A DNA stretch of 62,557 nt, filler included, from Choristocarpus tenellus KU-1152 (taxonomy: Eukaryota; Protista; Phaeophyceae), in assembly GCA_964200185.2 (NCBI GenBank). It is 12 parts of 12 records of this genome, joined end to end, with 100 filler letters (N's around TTAATTAATTAA, not from the genome) between each part and the next. Parts side by side here need not be neighbours in the genome. Positions count along the whole stretch, not along the records: positions 45,056 to 53,499 come from CAXNAD020004701.1; positions 53,600 to 56,155 come from CAXNAD020026814.1; positions 56,256 to 62,557 come from CAXNAD020008436.1; 9 more parts are not named here. One strand, given 5' to 3'. The translations under genes were made by a program, and so were the position numbers. The first letter of the stretch is position 1. The number at the start of each line of letters is the position of its first letter. The notes beneath the pieces are model-generated. The model saw only the letters and a program-made list of their open reading frames with translations, was not told the origin of the DNA and ran no database searches. This document shows positions 47,870 to 60,692 of this stretch, piece after piece.

Positions 47870-50800
47870 AGTATTAAATGGATGTAATGTTTTGCATGGT
47901 CTCTGTAGTCAAGTTGTGGACTACGTAGTATCCAACAATCCACGACGCACGTCAAACTGTTAGCTTCTCCTCTGCTATTGTTGGTAGCTGGCGTTATCAG
48001 TCCCTAACATTTCGTCCTATCATCCCCCTGTCTCTCGCTCTTGCCGAACATCGTTATGCTGTTTCTTAGAGCATGAAGATATTCCAGGAACAGGTAATGA
48101 AGGGAATGGAAGTCTACATCCGTGAAGAGGCTTTCAGTACAAAGAGCATGAAAGAGCTGATGTCCGAGTCTCTGAGAGGGACAGCGAGGTATGTCCGTAA
48201 AGAGCACAGCTCTTGCGGTCGCGCGAAGCCAGATCGACGTACATCCAAGACTACTACGGGCACGGTGAGATCTATTCCGCATGGTCTCAGGTCTCCTTTC
48301 ACCACCTTCGGCATGGACAGTCAAATCCATGAAGCCCTGTAGAAGGTGTGACTACAGATGGCTGGTGCCACACCGACCCCGAATCCTGCACGGTGAGGCG
48401 ACCACCTGGTCTCAGTCAAAACCCTGGGAAACCATGGGTCAAATCCCCCCCCGTGCCGAAACCCCAATCTCGCTAGAGCAATGGCAGTATTGCGCTGGGC
48501 TCCAGGAAGACAGACGAGGTGTCACCTGTACAGGCCCGTGGGCCAACGCCATGTTATGAGCAGGGGTTCGACAAGAAGTTCCCTCCTGAGGATCTGAAGA
48601 AGGACGACGATCTGTGTCCTTATTTCAACATGAACCTGTCCCCGTAGCAGGTTGACCTTATATGGTGAGAGAACAACGGCCTCCTTCAGGAAAAGTCTTC
48701 CAGCAGGCGTTCTCGTCCTTATCCACTGCACGCCCCCTCCCGCCAGAACGGTAGTGATGGTCGTCGTCTTTCCATGAGACAAGCAGGAATGAAGACTCCG
48801 AAGCCCGAAACACCTGCTGCCAGGTCTCAGGACAAGTCTTATTCTCTTCAAGGGGTGATGGTTGGGTGCGGTGGGGACTCCAACACCCTGTTGCAGTCCC
48901 AATGTAAGGCAGGAGGGTCCTGCAAGGTCTCCTCTCCCTCATCAGACCAAAACCACAAGCCCTCGACATGCCATTTTGAGGCCAGTGGTGCAGGGAAGGC
49001 GCCACTGCCCTTGCCACTGCTACTACAAGCAAAGGGCACAAGGAATGCTACCCATTCAGTGCTGTGAGCATCGCTTACCCAGAACCAGGCGGGGGGGGTA
49101 ACAGCGAGGCCGATGGTGGGATCAAGTGAGGTTAAAAGGTAAGTGGAAACCAACAACAGTGGTGTTTGGGGTTTCAATGATAGAGTCGTCGTCGGTCCAC
49201 CTTCACCTTGACACAGGAAGTACTTGATTGCTGTGTTTGCATTGTGTCTCCTGTTTGTTGTTACAGTAATGTTGTTACGAGTTGTACAATTGAAAAGTGG
49301 CTCAATTGTGTCAGACTGCAACAGTGCACAAAAGGGGGTGTATTGATCTCTTCTTCAGTCTTGATTCTGAGAAATATATTTTGGCCTTCAGATTCTCTCA
49401 AGCTCTTTGTGCTCCGTGCTTTGTGAAAAAACTCAATTGGTCAGTTGAAATTTGCAAGATGCCTCGCATTGACTGTAGATTTACTTCCTTTCACAAATAC
49501 TTACTTTCTATTTTTTTTAACAATGCTGTATGGATATCTAATTTCTTTCTTGCCCCCCTCCTCCCCCCCCCCCTCCAATCTTCATCCTCAATGCGCATCA
49601 ATGGAGCAGCTCGAACAACAAGGCCAGCACAAGCTTTCACAGCTGTTGAGAATGCACCCATTGCAACATGCACCAGTTACACACTGTATGTATGTGTACT
49701 GATTATTTCAAGTGGATTGCACTATTGCTATTTTTTTTTCACTGAAAGCATTGTTGGATCGACTCTTACCCTGCCACAGTGTTACAGGATAGGATGTACA
49801 TGTCATAAGATATTGCTCTTGAACTCTGCACCCCGTTGCGTTTCCTTGATTTGACGCAGGGGACGAAGGGTCAACCCTCCAGCAGGCAACAGGCCAGTAT
49901 CCACCGGGGCATCAGGTAGCAGGTGAGCCATTCAGACGAGGTCTCCAAAGTGACAGAAATTTCTGCAATTCTTTTTCAGAGGGGTCACAGGCATGGTGTT
50001 CTGCTGGGCTGGTTGTGTTGTTGTGGTACAATAGCAGATGCTCTGACCGATGTACCAGGAGATGTCTTATGCTTGGAGGACTTTACTTTCTTTAGAGGAA
50101 TGCTGAGAAAGTGGTTTGAAGTTGTCCAATCCCAACTCCCCAAGGATGTGAAGGGACTGATGTATGAGGTACAGTGACCTTCGTGCCAGGAGATGTAAGG
50201 ATATACTAAGGATATGTACGCAAGCAATGGTTGTCCAAAAGAGGTGCAATGTAACAAGAGGCAGGTCGTGAGATGCTTTTTTTCCTGCCTGACCCTCCTT
50301 TGATTTTTGGATGTTCTTTGTTTTTCTTAAGATCAATGCGATTTATTCTTGCTGTCTGATTGCTTTTGCTGGTGTCTTGAAATATGAGAGTATTATGGAC
50401 AGTGTTAAGTCTAAAGTTATTAGTGTGCGTAGAACTGATTGTGCTGGCAAGCCACGTTGGCAAGGCATGTACTTGGTGCATGACCCTGGAGCTCCCCATT
50501 TGGGAACGCTGGTCTGCAGGAAACTGTGCATATTTTTTATTTTGTAGAGAGTGAACCTAGCTAGGCACGAAATGACATGGGCGTTGTCCTTGCCGCTTGT
50601 CTTGTTGGGGGAGAATGTTTGTTTTTGTCTTTTGTTTTCTGGTTTGGATTATGTTTTCCTCCTGACTTGGTTGTTTACTAAAACCCACCAAGAGGAGGTG
50701 TAAACATATTTGAAGCAAGCACTGTGGTTGTCTGCCAAAGCACGTAATACAGTCCAGGAAAACAACTACATGAGACTATTGTACTTTGTTAATTGATGAG

Positions 50801-53800
50801 GTCAATACATGTAAAAGGATGAGTTGCGTATATTTTGTAGGATATTTCTAGTGCACATATACAAAAAACATGGAAATATCTCTGAAGCTGATCCTGCGTA
50901 TCATTGTTGATCTTAGGTTTAATATTTTTGAGTGCTTAGGAAGTATTGTTCAAATTACATGACATTGCATTAATCAAAACTGGAGAGATCTGGGCTTGAT
51001 CGTCTAAATGTGGGATGCTGATGACCCTCTGTTGATGTACTCTTGAGCACAGTTTAAATTCTAGAGAAGAAGATATCCTCCATAGTAGGTCCATGTCGAA
51101 CATGAGTAGTGTGAGGAAATCTGGTGTTCCCAACCGAAATGTGATAACATCGCCATTAATATGTACATATATCTTTTTGTGGATTACTGTTACACTGTGA
51201 TATCACATGGATGTCCAATCTTTAGATAGTGGAAAAGTAGTGTTGTCATTCTAAATGGATGGAATGACGCCAATATTATTCTTAGTGTCAGCAATAGTTT
51301 CTTAACTTCTCAAGTATCATTGATGTTAATATTAGCATTACATTAGTCTGAGGGATACCAGTCCCGTGGTCGAAAATGTATCACAATGTTAACTACTCAA
51401 GAGTAGTAGTTTACATTATACATGTGAATCACAACAGATTTGAACAGTGCAGTACGGTGTTTGTACTTCAAGTCTACGTTTGGACGTACGGTACTGTTTC
51501 TCTTAGATTTACCGACCGTATTTCTCGAATTTCTGGTGTACAATATGGGACAGTACTATTACACTTCCATGGAGAGGAGTGTGGGAACTGAGGTCGTCCT
51601 TGAATCTATCTGCACGCAATCATTCTCTGCTCTTCTTTTCATCCCACCTCTTGGCCTACTCTCCATCCCACGCCCTCAACCCCCAGCCCCTTCCACTTCA
51701 TCCCCTCCCGGCCCAAGCTGCCTAGAGCCGGTCCCCCCTCACCATCAGGGTATCCTCCCTTGCGGTTGCTTGCTCTACCCCACCTGTATGCTCAAGCGTC
51801 TCTGAACATGCAAACTACCCTCTCGTACACCCTCACTGCGGAACAATCGCCCATTCCCACCCTCGCCAAGAAAATACCCCACCCCCTCCTTAGCAAGGTT
51901 ATGTTACAGCACACTCCAAACCTTACATCCACGGAATGTATAGGTCCAGTCTACATGCCTATAGATGGCGCCGATGCATGTACAGGACTCCTGATGCCCA
52001 AGTCGTCGAGTATGCTGGATCTCTCACTTGGATTATTCCCTTCATAAGTGTCATCAATATCGTCATCATAAAAAAAGGAACTGGCAACGATGTACGACCT
52101 GGGGGTATGATAACAAAAAATAGTCAAGAAGTACAAATATATAAAATCTAGGACCTCAAGATCATAATAATGTTTAGAAACCGCCATCAAGACTCTTCAC
52201 CTGTACCACTAATACTCGTTTAAATAACGTCACCGCAGCCCAATTCCACCTTTTCTCACTACCCAACATCCCAGACCAGAACTTATACTCCACCCACCTC
52301 ACCCCATAGCCCAGGGCACCCCTTCCCCCCACACCCCAACCCATCCTCAGTGTCACTGATTCAGTTTCGAGTTAGACCTGGGCCTATGGTCTGACTCACA
52401 ATCTTGGAACCCTGCCTCCCCCCCACCTCCTGTGCTACATACGACACTACATCCACCTGGATCACACAGAATGGAGGGGACCCCCCAGCATCCTGGCTCT
52501 ATGTCCCCCATTGCTTAGACACCGTTGGCTTCCCACCCAATGCCTTCCTTTCTTTCCCACTCCCACGAGGATAGGGGAATCATGCGATTATGCTCCGCCA
52601 AGCCCTCTCAGGGGTGTAGGGGAATGATGCTGTGTTTGACCAAGTTTGCTCTCGCTGGGAGTTCACCTCTGAAGGGCAGGCACATACATACCCCCCCACA
52701 ATCAAGACTATCTCCTAGACACATATTCGCTTGGAGTTACTGGAATTGGCAAGTGGGCAGTCCATAGCCCTAATGCTTACCTTACTTGAAACCCTCTCCC
52801 CTCTTTCCTCCTTTTCCCATCTCATCTCCCCCCACCCTACCCTCAACAAGGGGATCGCCGCTTCCTGTCCTTTCCACCACTCCCCTCCACCACCACCCCC
52901 ACCCGAAAATCTGGGCCATCTACTCCCACATTCATGCCTGCCATGGGGTGTTCGTACCCCAAGTGTTGCTTCAGCCATTGACCTAATCCAGATAGAGATC
53001 CTGCAGTGAATAAATATCACCACGGTTAAGAAGGCCCACGACAGACTTTGCACCACACATGCGATCACCCTCATGCATACAGTGGATCTCTTGATGCATG
53101 AAGTAATCACCCCAAGTGTAGCGGAGAGGACCCCGACAGTAGGGACTGTCAGAGCGTCCAAGCTCCTCCACCTGGTCTCTGGCCTTTTACTGGCCAATGA
53201 TGGAAAGTTCTTGAGGTAGGAATGGTTCACCCATTTAGCGCCAGGGAACATCCAGGAGTTGGTAGAATGACTATTAGAATTGTCCGAGAGGATCACAGAC
53301 GTTGGGAGCCCCCCGGAGATGACCCTAAATCCCATTAGGAACTGGCTGAAGCACATGGTCACCACCATGGAGGTGTCTCCAAGGGGGCGAGTGTTCTCCT
53401 ATCACAGCCCAGAGCCCCAGGAATAGAAGAGACTTTCAGGGTGGTGGTGGTTCCCAAGCACCCGAATGAGAATCCATATGAGCTTCTGCAAGTAATAAGN
53501 NNNNNNNNNNNNNNNNNNNNNNNNNNNNNNNNNNNNNNNNNNNTTAATTAATTAANNNNNNNNNNNNNNNNNNNNNNNNNNNNNNNNNNNNNNNNNNNNG
53601 GGGGGGGGGCTGATTGGAGTGGGAGGCTGTTAGAGTGGATTGGAATGTCTCTTGCTATCTTCCTCTCTCTCTCTCTCTCTCTGCTGTGTGTGATGATGAG
53701 GATAAGAATAAGAGGGATTTTTCTGTTGTGGTTGTAGATTGTGTGAACTGCAGGATTTTCTTTTTATGTGTATGTCTGTAGTGAATTGTTGTTGCTTAGG

Positions 53801-54872
53801 TTCTGTTTTTGTGTTTTCTTTTTCAAGGTACAAGAAAAAATAATGTGAAATGATAAGTGAGAAGAAATGTAGGAAATGATGCTACTACTGCCAGTGATTG
53901 CCATGCAGGGTGTGGACTGTATGGCTGCAAGTATACTTATTTTAGTTATGTTGTTGTTGTGAAGCACAGAAGAAATTTCTGTGTTGCCCCAGTAACAGCT
54001 CTTGTAGGGCGGGCTAGCACCGTTTTCGTTTTTCGAATGTTTTTTTTTTGTAATAATAATAATAATAGCATGATTGTACTGGGGGCAAAGGTCGGTACGG
54101 AAGACACTCTAATATGAATAACAATCAGAAGGGTGATGATAACAAGTAGAAATATGGAATACAAACAATCGTCATAGACACGCGCGTGCAGAAGGGTTTA
54201 TTATTATTATATATTATTGTTCATTTTTATTGTTATTATTGTTTTTATGAAGAGGTGTCGCTGTGACGAAAATTGTCACTATTTATTATTAATCTATTGT
54301 TATTTTTTTGGGGGAGGTGTGATTTTGACAAATTTGCCACTATTTTTTTTTAAATTATCATGAGGAGTTGTGATTGTGGAACGATATTTGTACTTATTAA
54401 ATCTATTGTTATTTTTTGGGGGAGGTGTGGTTGTGATAAAATTTGTCACTAATTTTGTTATTATTATTATTTTTATTTTTATTTTTATTATGGGAAGGTG
54501 GTGGCTGTGTAGGGGGGCGTCATTCTGGTGTCCCTGTGTGACACTTTTTTGAGAGCAATAAAAAATATATTTTAAACTGGGACAGCTGATTTTTTTTTAT
54601 TGTCTGCCCAATGCGTTTACTTAAACTTTTTTTTGTTTTGTTCTTAGAAGGTACTGAATGCGACAGTTACACTTTTTTTTTCATCTTTTTTTTTGGTTTG
54701 AGTATGACGTTCGGGATGAAGTGTTGTTTTGTCACTACTCTCTCTGACTGACTGACTGACTCTCTGACTGACTGACTGACTGGGGTCATTCATTCGTAGA
54801 GGTACGGTTTGACTTGGTTTTATGATTAAAAATACGTATATTATATTGTTTGTTTTTGCGGAGAGGTCAGAG

Positions 54873-54893
54873 TTAGGGTTAGGGTTAGGGTTA
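54873..54893 (+). repeat. Short interstitial (TTAGGG)3.5 telomere-like repeat
   Basis: TTAGGGTTAGGGTTAGGGTTA read directly. Confidence 0.7.
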
Positions 54894-56255
54894 TGTGCAT
54901 GCTATAAGTTTCTTGATGTGTACAGAGTTCGGCAGTTGGTAAATTTCTTGATGTGTGACTGACTGTGACTGACTGTGACTGGTAGGGGTAGCGGGGTGTG
55001 GGAGTTTGTTTTGTTTTATGAATTCAAACATTATGTTTTTTTCTGTGCATGTTTTGAAAGCATTGACATGCTTTGTGCTATTATTATTATTATTATTATT
55101 ATTTGTTTTTGAAAGAAGGAATTGAGGTTTAAAATACAACGGCACTGAAATTTACTACTGGAACTCTTCTTTTATTTGTGTACTTGTTTGGATAATTTTT
55201 ATTTCCATTTATTTTGTTTTTTTATCTTTTATTTTTTATCTTTTTTATGTTTATCTTTTCTTTTAATGCTTGGATTGAGGCAGGCGTTATGGATTGGTCG
55301 GTGATGTCGGATGAGGAGCTGAAGGAGATAAGTGATGAGGAGGATAATGTCAAGACTCGAATTATCTTTGCCAGGGAAGAGCTCAAGGTATCTATCCATA
55401 TCAAGCTATCTCTATATCGGTTTATGTTATTTTTTATGTGTGTTAAGAATGTAGTGGTTCTCGATGTTTGTGCTCTATACTACTAGTACTAGAGCATTCG
55501 ATCTGAATTGGCACCTATATGGGAGGCGTTATCTAGAATATATTTTATTTATATTTTTATATTTTTATGGGTTATTGTTCCACAAGAAAATGAGTCGATC
55601 TTTCTGTTCTGCGAAAAATAAAGTGTTCTATTTTGATGTTTGATTATTTTTATTTTTTTTAATCTTTAAAATAATTTTTCTATTTTTTTTGTGAGGGGCA
55701 TATGGATCTAGGTTTGAAATTGGAAGGAGATGTATTTGGAAGAGCCAAGGAAGTAGTGCTATACAAAAAAGATACGAAAACATTTTTGTGTGTCCATCGA
55801 AGTTGCTTTCTTTTTTGTGCCCAGAGTGAAAAAGCATCTAGATAGAGGGGGTTTGAGTTTGTCCCTTTGAAATTTATGGCCTTTTTGAAACATGCGTAAC
55901 ACACACACACACATATATATATGTGTGTGTATGTGAGTTAACCATACCCATACTTGGTTTAGATGCAGTTACCCCCAAACCTTCTAGAAAGGGTTGTGGC
56001 TGTAGAAAAGAGAAGATTACCTGTGAATGTATTTTTAGTTTGTTGAAATTGCTCATCTCCAAGGCAGGTACGATATGAAGTGCGTGTACCTCATCGAGGG
56101 GGTCTCATGTGCTCTCTTTTTAAATAACTCATCAACCCCCCCCCCCCCCCCCCCCNNNNNNNNNNNNNNNNNNNNNNNNNNNNNNNNNNNNNNNNNNNNT
56201 TAATTAATTAANNNNNNNNNNNNNNNNNNNNNNNNNNNNNNNNNNNNNNNNNNNN

Positions 56256-57072
56256 CAGGGGGACAGGTACGACAGCACACTCGAATGGTCAAACGCCTGT
56301 ACCAACTATGCAAGGGGATGGGCATCCCTTGCACTACGGAGGACGGTAGCCCTTTCACTGGGGACAGGAATCTCCGCATGGATCCGGTGTTTCACGCAGG
56401 GGCACTAGCGGACGATGGAACAGCTCCCTACAGGGACAAAGGTCTTCTGCTAGACGTCACCTTCGCAGAGGTACAGGCAACCTCCCACCTAACCCACTCA
56501 TCCATCAGCAATAAATGTAGCTGCTGCTGCAGCTGAGGCGTGAAAGCGTACCCACTACGAGGGCTCCTTTGATCCTCATAGTTATAACCTCAACACCTTT
56601 GCAGTGGAAAGTTTTGGGCACCTCGGCAAGCAAGCGGAGTGGTTCCTGGATGAGCTGGCTACTCACATGGTGGGGGGGAGAGAGGAACTGGAGGATTTAA
56701 CAGAAAAGGAGTAGTCAAATCCCGGCTAAGCCAAATTTTCTCGGTGACTACGCAAGTGGCACTGTCTAGACGTGTCATACGTTTTAAGCTAGAGTCACCA
56801 GGGAGATGGGCATGGAGGGGTTTATTGGATTCGTGGCATGCCTCCCTAGCTCCTCCCCCTGGGGCACAGGAGTATGTAGATTGAAAGCACAGGAAGGCAG
56901 TAGTACAATATTGATAGTGGTGAAGTAACAAATAGATTAGTGTGTTTTACATTTATAGTGTTTTATAGTATGATATTTTATTTCTTTAGGGCTTATACTG
57001 ACATATGTATAGTTTTCATTTGTTTCCCCCCTGATACATCGACGAAATGTCAGAGGGCACAATAATAATAAT
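56256..57072 (+). mobile_element. 3' end of a CRE-like non-LTR retrotransposon (restriction-like endonuclease domain, 3' UTR, (AAT)n tail)
   Basis: RQH..., NLRMD..., LLLDVT, AAAEA*KRTHY and TFAVESFGHLGKQAEWFLDEL follow the RLE pattern R(P)D..DVT..KxxxY..AVE..G. The element ends in AATAATAATAAT. Confidence 0.78.
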
Positions 57073-57095
57073 GTATTCACTCGTACGCAATAAGA

Positions 57096-57169
57096 TGCTT
57101 CGAATGTGAGTCGAACACATGGCCTTACGAGCTTCAGTCGTACGCTCTAACCAACTGAGCTACCGAAGC
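57096..57169 (-). tRNA. tRNA-Phe(GAA), intronless
   Basis: Reverse complement GCTTCGG TA GCTC AGTTGGTTA GAGC G TACGA CTGAAGC TCGTA AGGCC ATGTG TTCGACT CACAT TCGAAGC A folds into a full cloverleaf with all four stems paired (one G-U pair) and anticodon GAA. Confidence 0.9.
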
Positions 57170-58299
57170 ACATATTTTTTCCAAACATTTTATATATTTA
57201 AACATATATTTCACTTTTCTACCTTTATAACTTAAGTCTTCATATCAGTATGTGAACTTCCTAGTTCAAAAATTATAAACATATAAAGAAATTGGGTACG
57301 TCGTCTCCATGGGGTCTCGAAATCAGACACCAACACAAGACCAGAGATTGACACACACGATCTTTTTGTTTAAAATCATATGTTAGTAGAAAATTCTAAA
57401 CTGTCGACATTGACTTATTATGAACGTGTTTTTATGTAGCATCTGTATTTCAACACTGTCGAAATGTTGGTGTTAAGGAGGTTTGAAATTGTGGTTACGC
57501 GATTTGTTGGCGATGTGGTTACTATTAGTACTTCTATTGTAGTTACTATCGTTGGTGGTGGTGATGGTAGTCACTTTGTCCTGAACTATCCCAGGTCATG
57601 AAACACCCACCATACTACTTCTTCCATTCCTTTTAACTACGATTAATTGTACAGCCATCCTGTTGATCGTCGCTCCACCAACTCCCTCTAAACTTTTACT
57701 GTAGCTGCCTTCCATTTCTTGGAGCAATGAAGCAATACCACGTAATTTCGGGATTCCGTCGTTTTTGTGGTATATCGACGGATAGGATAGTAGATAGGTG
57801 GGTGTACAACCTGTGGTGGCTGCCAGGTGAACTTTGGATTATCGGAAGCAGATTTCCATAGAAAGAAATATCCTTAAAGGGGTTGACCCTGCAAAATCAA
57901 TCCAGAGAACGCTTATCCATTATAAGCAATTCTAAAAGTAATGTGTATATGCTGCTACCTCTATTTATATGTAGTAATACTGGAGTATTAGTTTTGGAGT
58001 GAGGGATCAGTGAACATTGAAATAGAAGGGTCGGTATTGACTGTTGGTTATTAGTCAGGTACGACAGTGATTTCTTCGACAGCTATTCGTTAATATACCT
58101 TTTTTGCAATTGATTGGTTTAGGGTCATAGGATTCTTGTTTGGATTTATAGGTACGCCAACTTCTCAGTCAGACTTATTTTATGAAATAGGTTGGAACTG
58201 GTATCCGATCTTGGTGGGAATTTCAGCGTCGTAATTGGCTAATTGAGCATCTGAGACATTCAAACTTGTTAATCTTCGGGTACTTTTGCCCTGTAGTCT

Positions 58300-59350
58300 T
58301 GATCTTGCATTGAGTCTCCTACATTGAAAGGAGCCAGGAGACACATGGTCTCCATCTTCTTTGACTCGATCAGTCAAAACGCCTTGCATGCCGCTATGAT
58401 CCTGGCCATCTTGTCCAGGTTATCTAGAGCTCATGACAGAACTCCTGTATCACAGTCACAAAGCGTGGGCACAAAAAACTGTCAGTGCGACTCCTTACTA
58501 ATAACCCTTCACCAATGACTCGGTACTTCTTATCCACTCTCCTGACAGACGGGTTTCTTGGGAAAAACCTTTGTAGCTGAACCTCTCAAATACCACGGTA
58601 AGCACCAAGGTACAAAGAGATTTAACAACAACGGAGCAACCATGACCCCTTGGCGAACACCTTGTTTAACACCGAAACAATTGTGCATTCCCCATCATCG
58701 ATCTATATCTAAACTTACATTCTAAAGTGGAAATCTGAGTTCAAGTAATTGAGAGGAATACAAGTTTTACAGACGATTCCAACTTTGTTTACAGAAGACA
58801 CTCGAAAAAGGTTGTCTATGACGATAGCTCCTTCTGCAAGCTGGATATACCAACAAAATTGCCAAGGGGAAGTCCACACCGGTGGACTGAGTGCTCCAAA
58901 CCATGCGACATCAGAAAGCCAGAGGGAACCTTAAAAATCAGTTACACCTCCTCTCAGTTACTTGAGCCGTGGACGAATGGCTGATATCATCTTTGCAGGC
59001 ACATCAAAGGAAAATGCTTCAACAGAGTTACAGCCTTCTGCAAGGCTAATGAAGCACATCTATAAGGGGATCTTTGGGCTCACCGAAGCTCCTTCATGTC
59101 AAATGTTATGAATATCATGTTAATGATCAACTACCAAGGTCAGAATACACATTTCTCTACCCTATAGATAACATGCCCTCTTGCTCAACTTGGACATCCA
59201 GGCATCGCATACAAAAACTATGAGGAGCACTTTTACCATCGTGTACAACCTGTGAAGTATCCCTGTTGTAGTTGTCAAGTTGAGCAACGTCTTTCATCTT
59301 CTTGTAAACTTCAGTTTGAAGAGGTTTGGAGACCTTGTCATTCCATCTCT
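58300..59350 (-). pseudogene. RTE-like LINE reverse transcriptase remnant
   Basis: Minus strand reads DDGEC..FGVKQGVRQGVMVAPLLLNLF at about 58620-58700, IPL*MCFISL at about 59050 and a decayed ISLVAH.GKVLL motif at about 59230. Confidence 0.7.
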
Positions 59351-59543
59351 CTCTGAGGTACCTCTTCCAACTGCCATATAGCTAGTATCAAGAAAGACCA
59401 GGCCCTACTTTTGTATGCATTAAGTATGCATCTTCAAGTCGCTATTTAAAAAAGGACTGATACCACCTACGTCAAGTTTCCCCCCTCCCCTTTTTTTTAA
59501 TATTGGGATGTATTGCCCTTTACCATGTACTGTCGTACCATTT

Positions 59544-59759
59544 GAGGTACCTTGTCAGAAATCGTGGATTCGAGTAGAGGATCTAATTTAGACAGTGTAT
59601 CGAATCCCTTCAAGAGGCCAGTTTCATAGGTGGACTCTCTTAGTTCAGATATACCAAGAGTCGCGGGATTCCCTTTGACATCACCCCCTCTCGCTCTGAT
59701 AACCTACTCTCATCAGTCCTCTTTCTCCACTCTCCACAGTTGTCCTTGTCCAACCTTAC
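59544..59759 (-). repeat. Interspersed repeat, homologous to 5061-5271
   Basis: Its reverse complement aligns to 5061-5271. Both copies have short tandem repeats upstream (ACAAACTTG at about 4900; GTCTGGTCC at about 59805). Confidence 0.75.
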
Positions 59760-60692
59760 CTTGTCCCCTCACTCAGCTACGGTTCGTCTTGTTTGTCTTG
59801 GTCAGTCTGGTCCGTCTGGTCCGTCTGGTCCGTCTTGAACAGTAAATCTCTTCATTGCCCTTCCCAGTCTGAGTGAATCACATTGCCACATAATTGCACG
59901 ATTCACAGCAGGTCGGTAGGAAGAATAAGAAATACCCCCATCATGACAAAAAACAATTAAGTCAGGTGACGGGTTGGTGGTCAAGATTATCAATAGGTCA
60001 GTCAGTGACTGGACAAGGACATTTTGCTTGATGACCTCAACCACTAGAAATATAACACATACAACATAGAGCTAAAATAATCGAGAGGTAGACGGTTGCA
60101 TTCTAAGGGATATCATACGCCGAATAAACTTATTGTGTTACCAATATTTCTGACATCACGATGTACTACTGGTCAAGGATGTGCCTTTACCTGCCATGCA
60201 TTTATATGATTTTATTATGACCTCTGACATTTTGCAGATGTGTCATGGGTAAAACCGTATTTATATTGCCGTATTGAATTTATATTATCCCCTTCGAGAT
60301 TTTGTTGATGTGTTAAGAGGAAAAGTCAAACCAATATCACAACAACGCCTGTAAAAGTATTAGTAATTACGTAGTAAGTATCGTCTATCCTTCAAACCAT
60401 AAAACATAAATGAGGTTATATTTATATATTTTTAGAAACATGATCCTTTTAAAAATGATACACAGATAGATAAATATGTGTTGAAGAGATAATAGAGGAA
60501 GGTCTTGCAACGAAAACTTGACCTAAGAGGGGTGATGGGTGAAGGGCCAAAGACAGTATAACCGCTGCAAAGTCAACTGCAGGGACGTTGATAATTCAGG
60601 GCCGAATCGATTTCACAATCCTCCTCAGCAACATTGTATTTCTCTAACCCACTTCATCGTCTTCAAGTTCAGCTGCAGCGGTGGTGTACAGC

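Noticed and set aside
46600-49100. Transposase- or ORF1-like pseudogene fragments
   Set aside because: Coding-like composition with stops, but no diagnostic motif recognised.
51600-53499. L1/Tx1-like endonuclease and RT remnant
   Set aside because: Only weak motifs (VYMP, TLHHTC); not enough for a call.
7865-56255. Regularly recurring TTAATTAATTAA motif as a biological repeat, and gene neighbourhood across it
   Set aside because: It is always flanked by 44 Ns on each side, so it is an artificial linker. Adjacency between contigs carries no meaning.
57170-59500. Endogenous giant-virus or virophage segment next to the tRNA
   Set aside because: No long ORFs or viral hallmark motifs; the recognisable part is an RTE-like LINE remnant.
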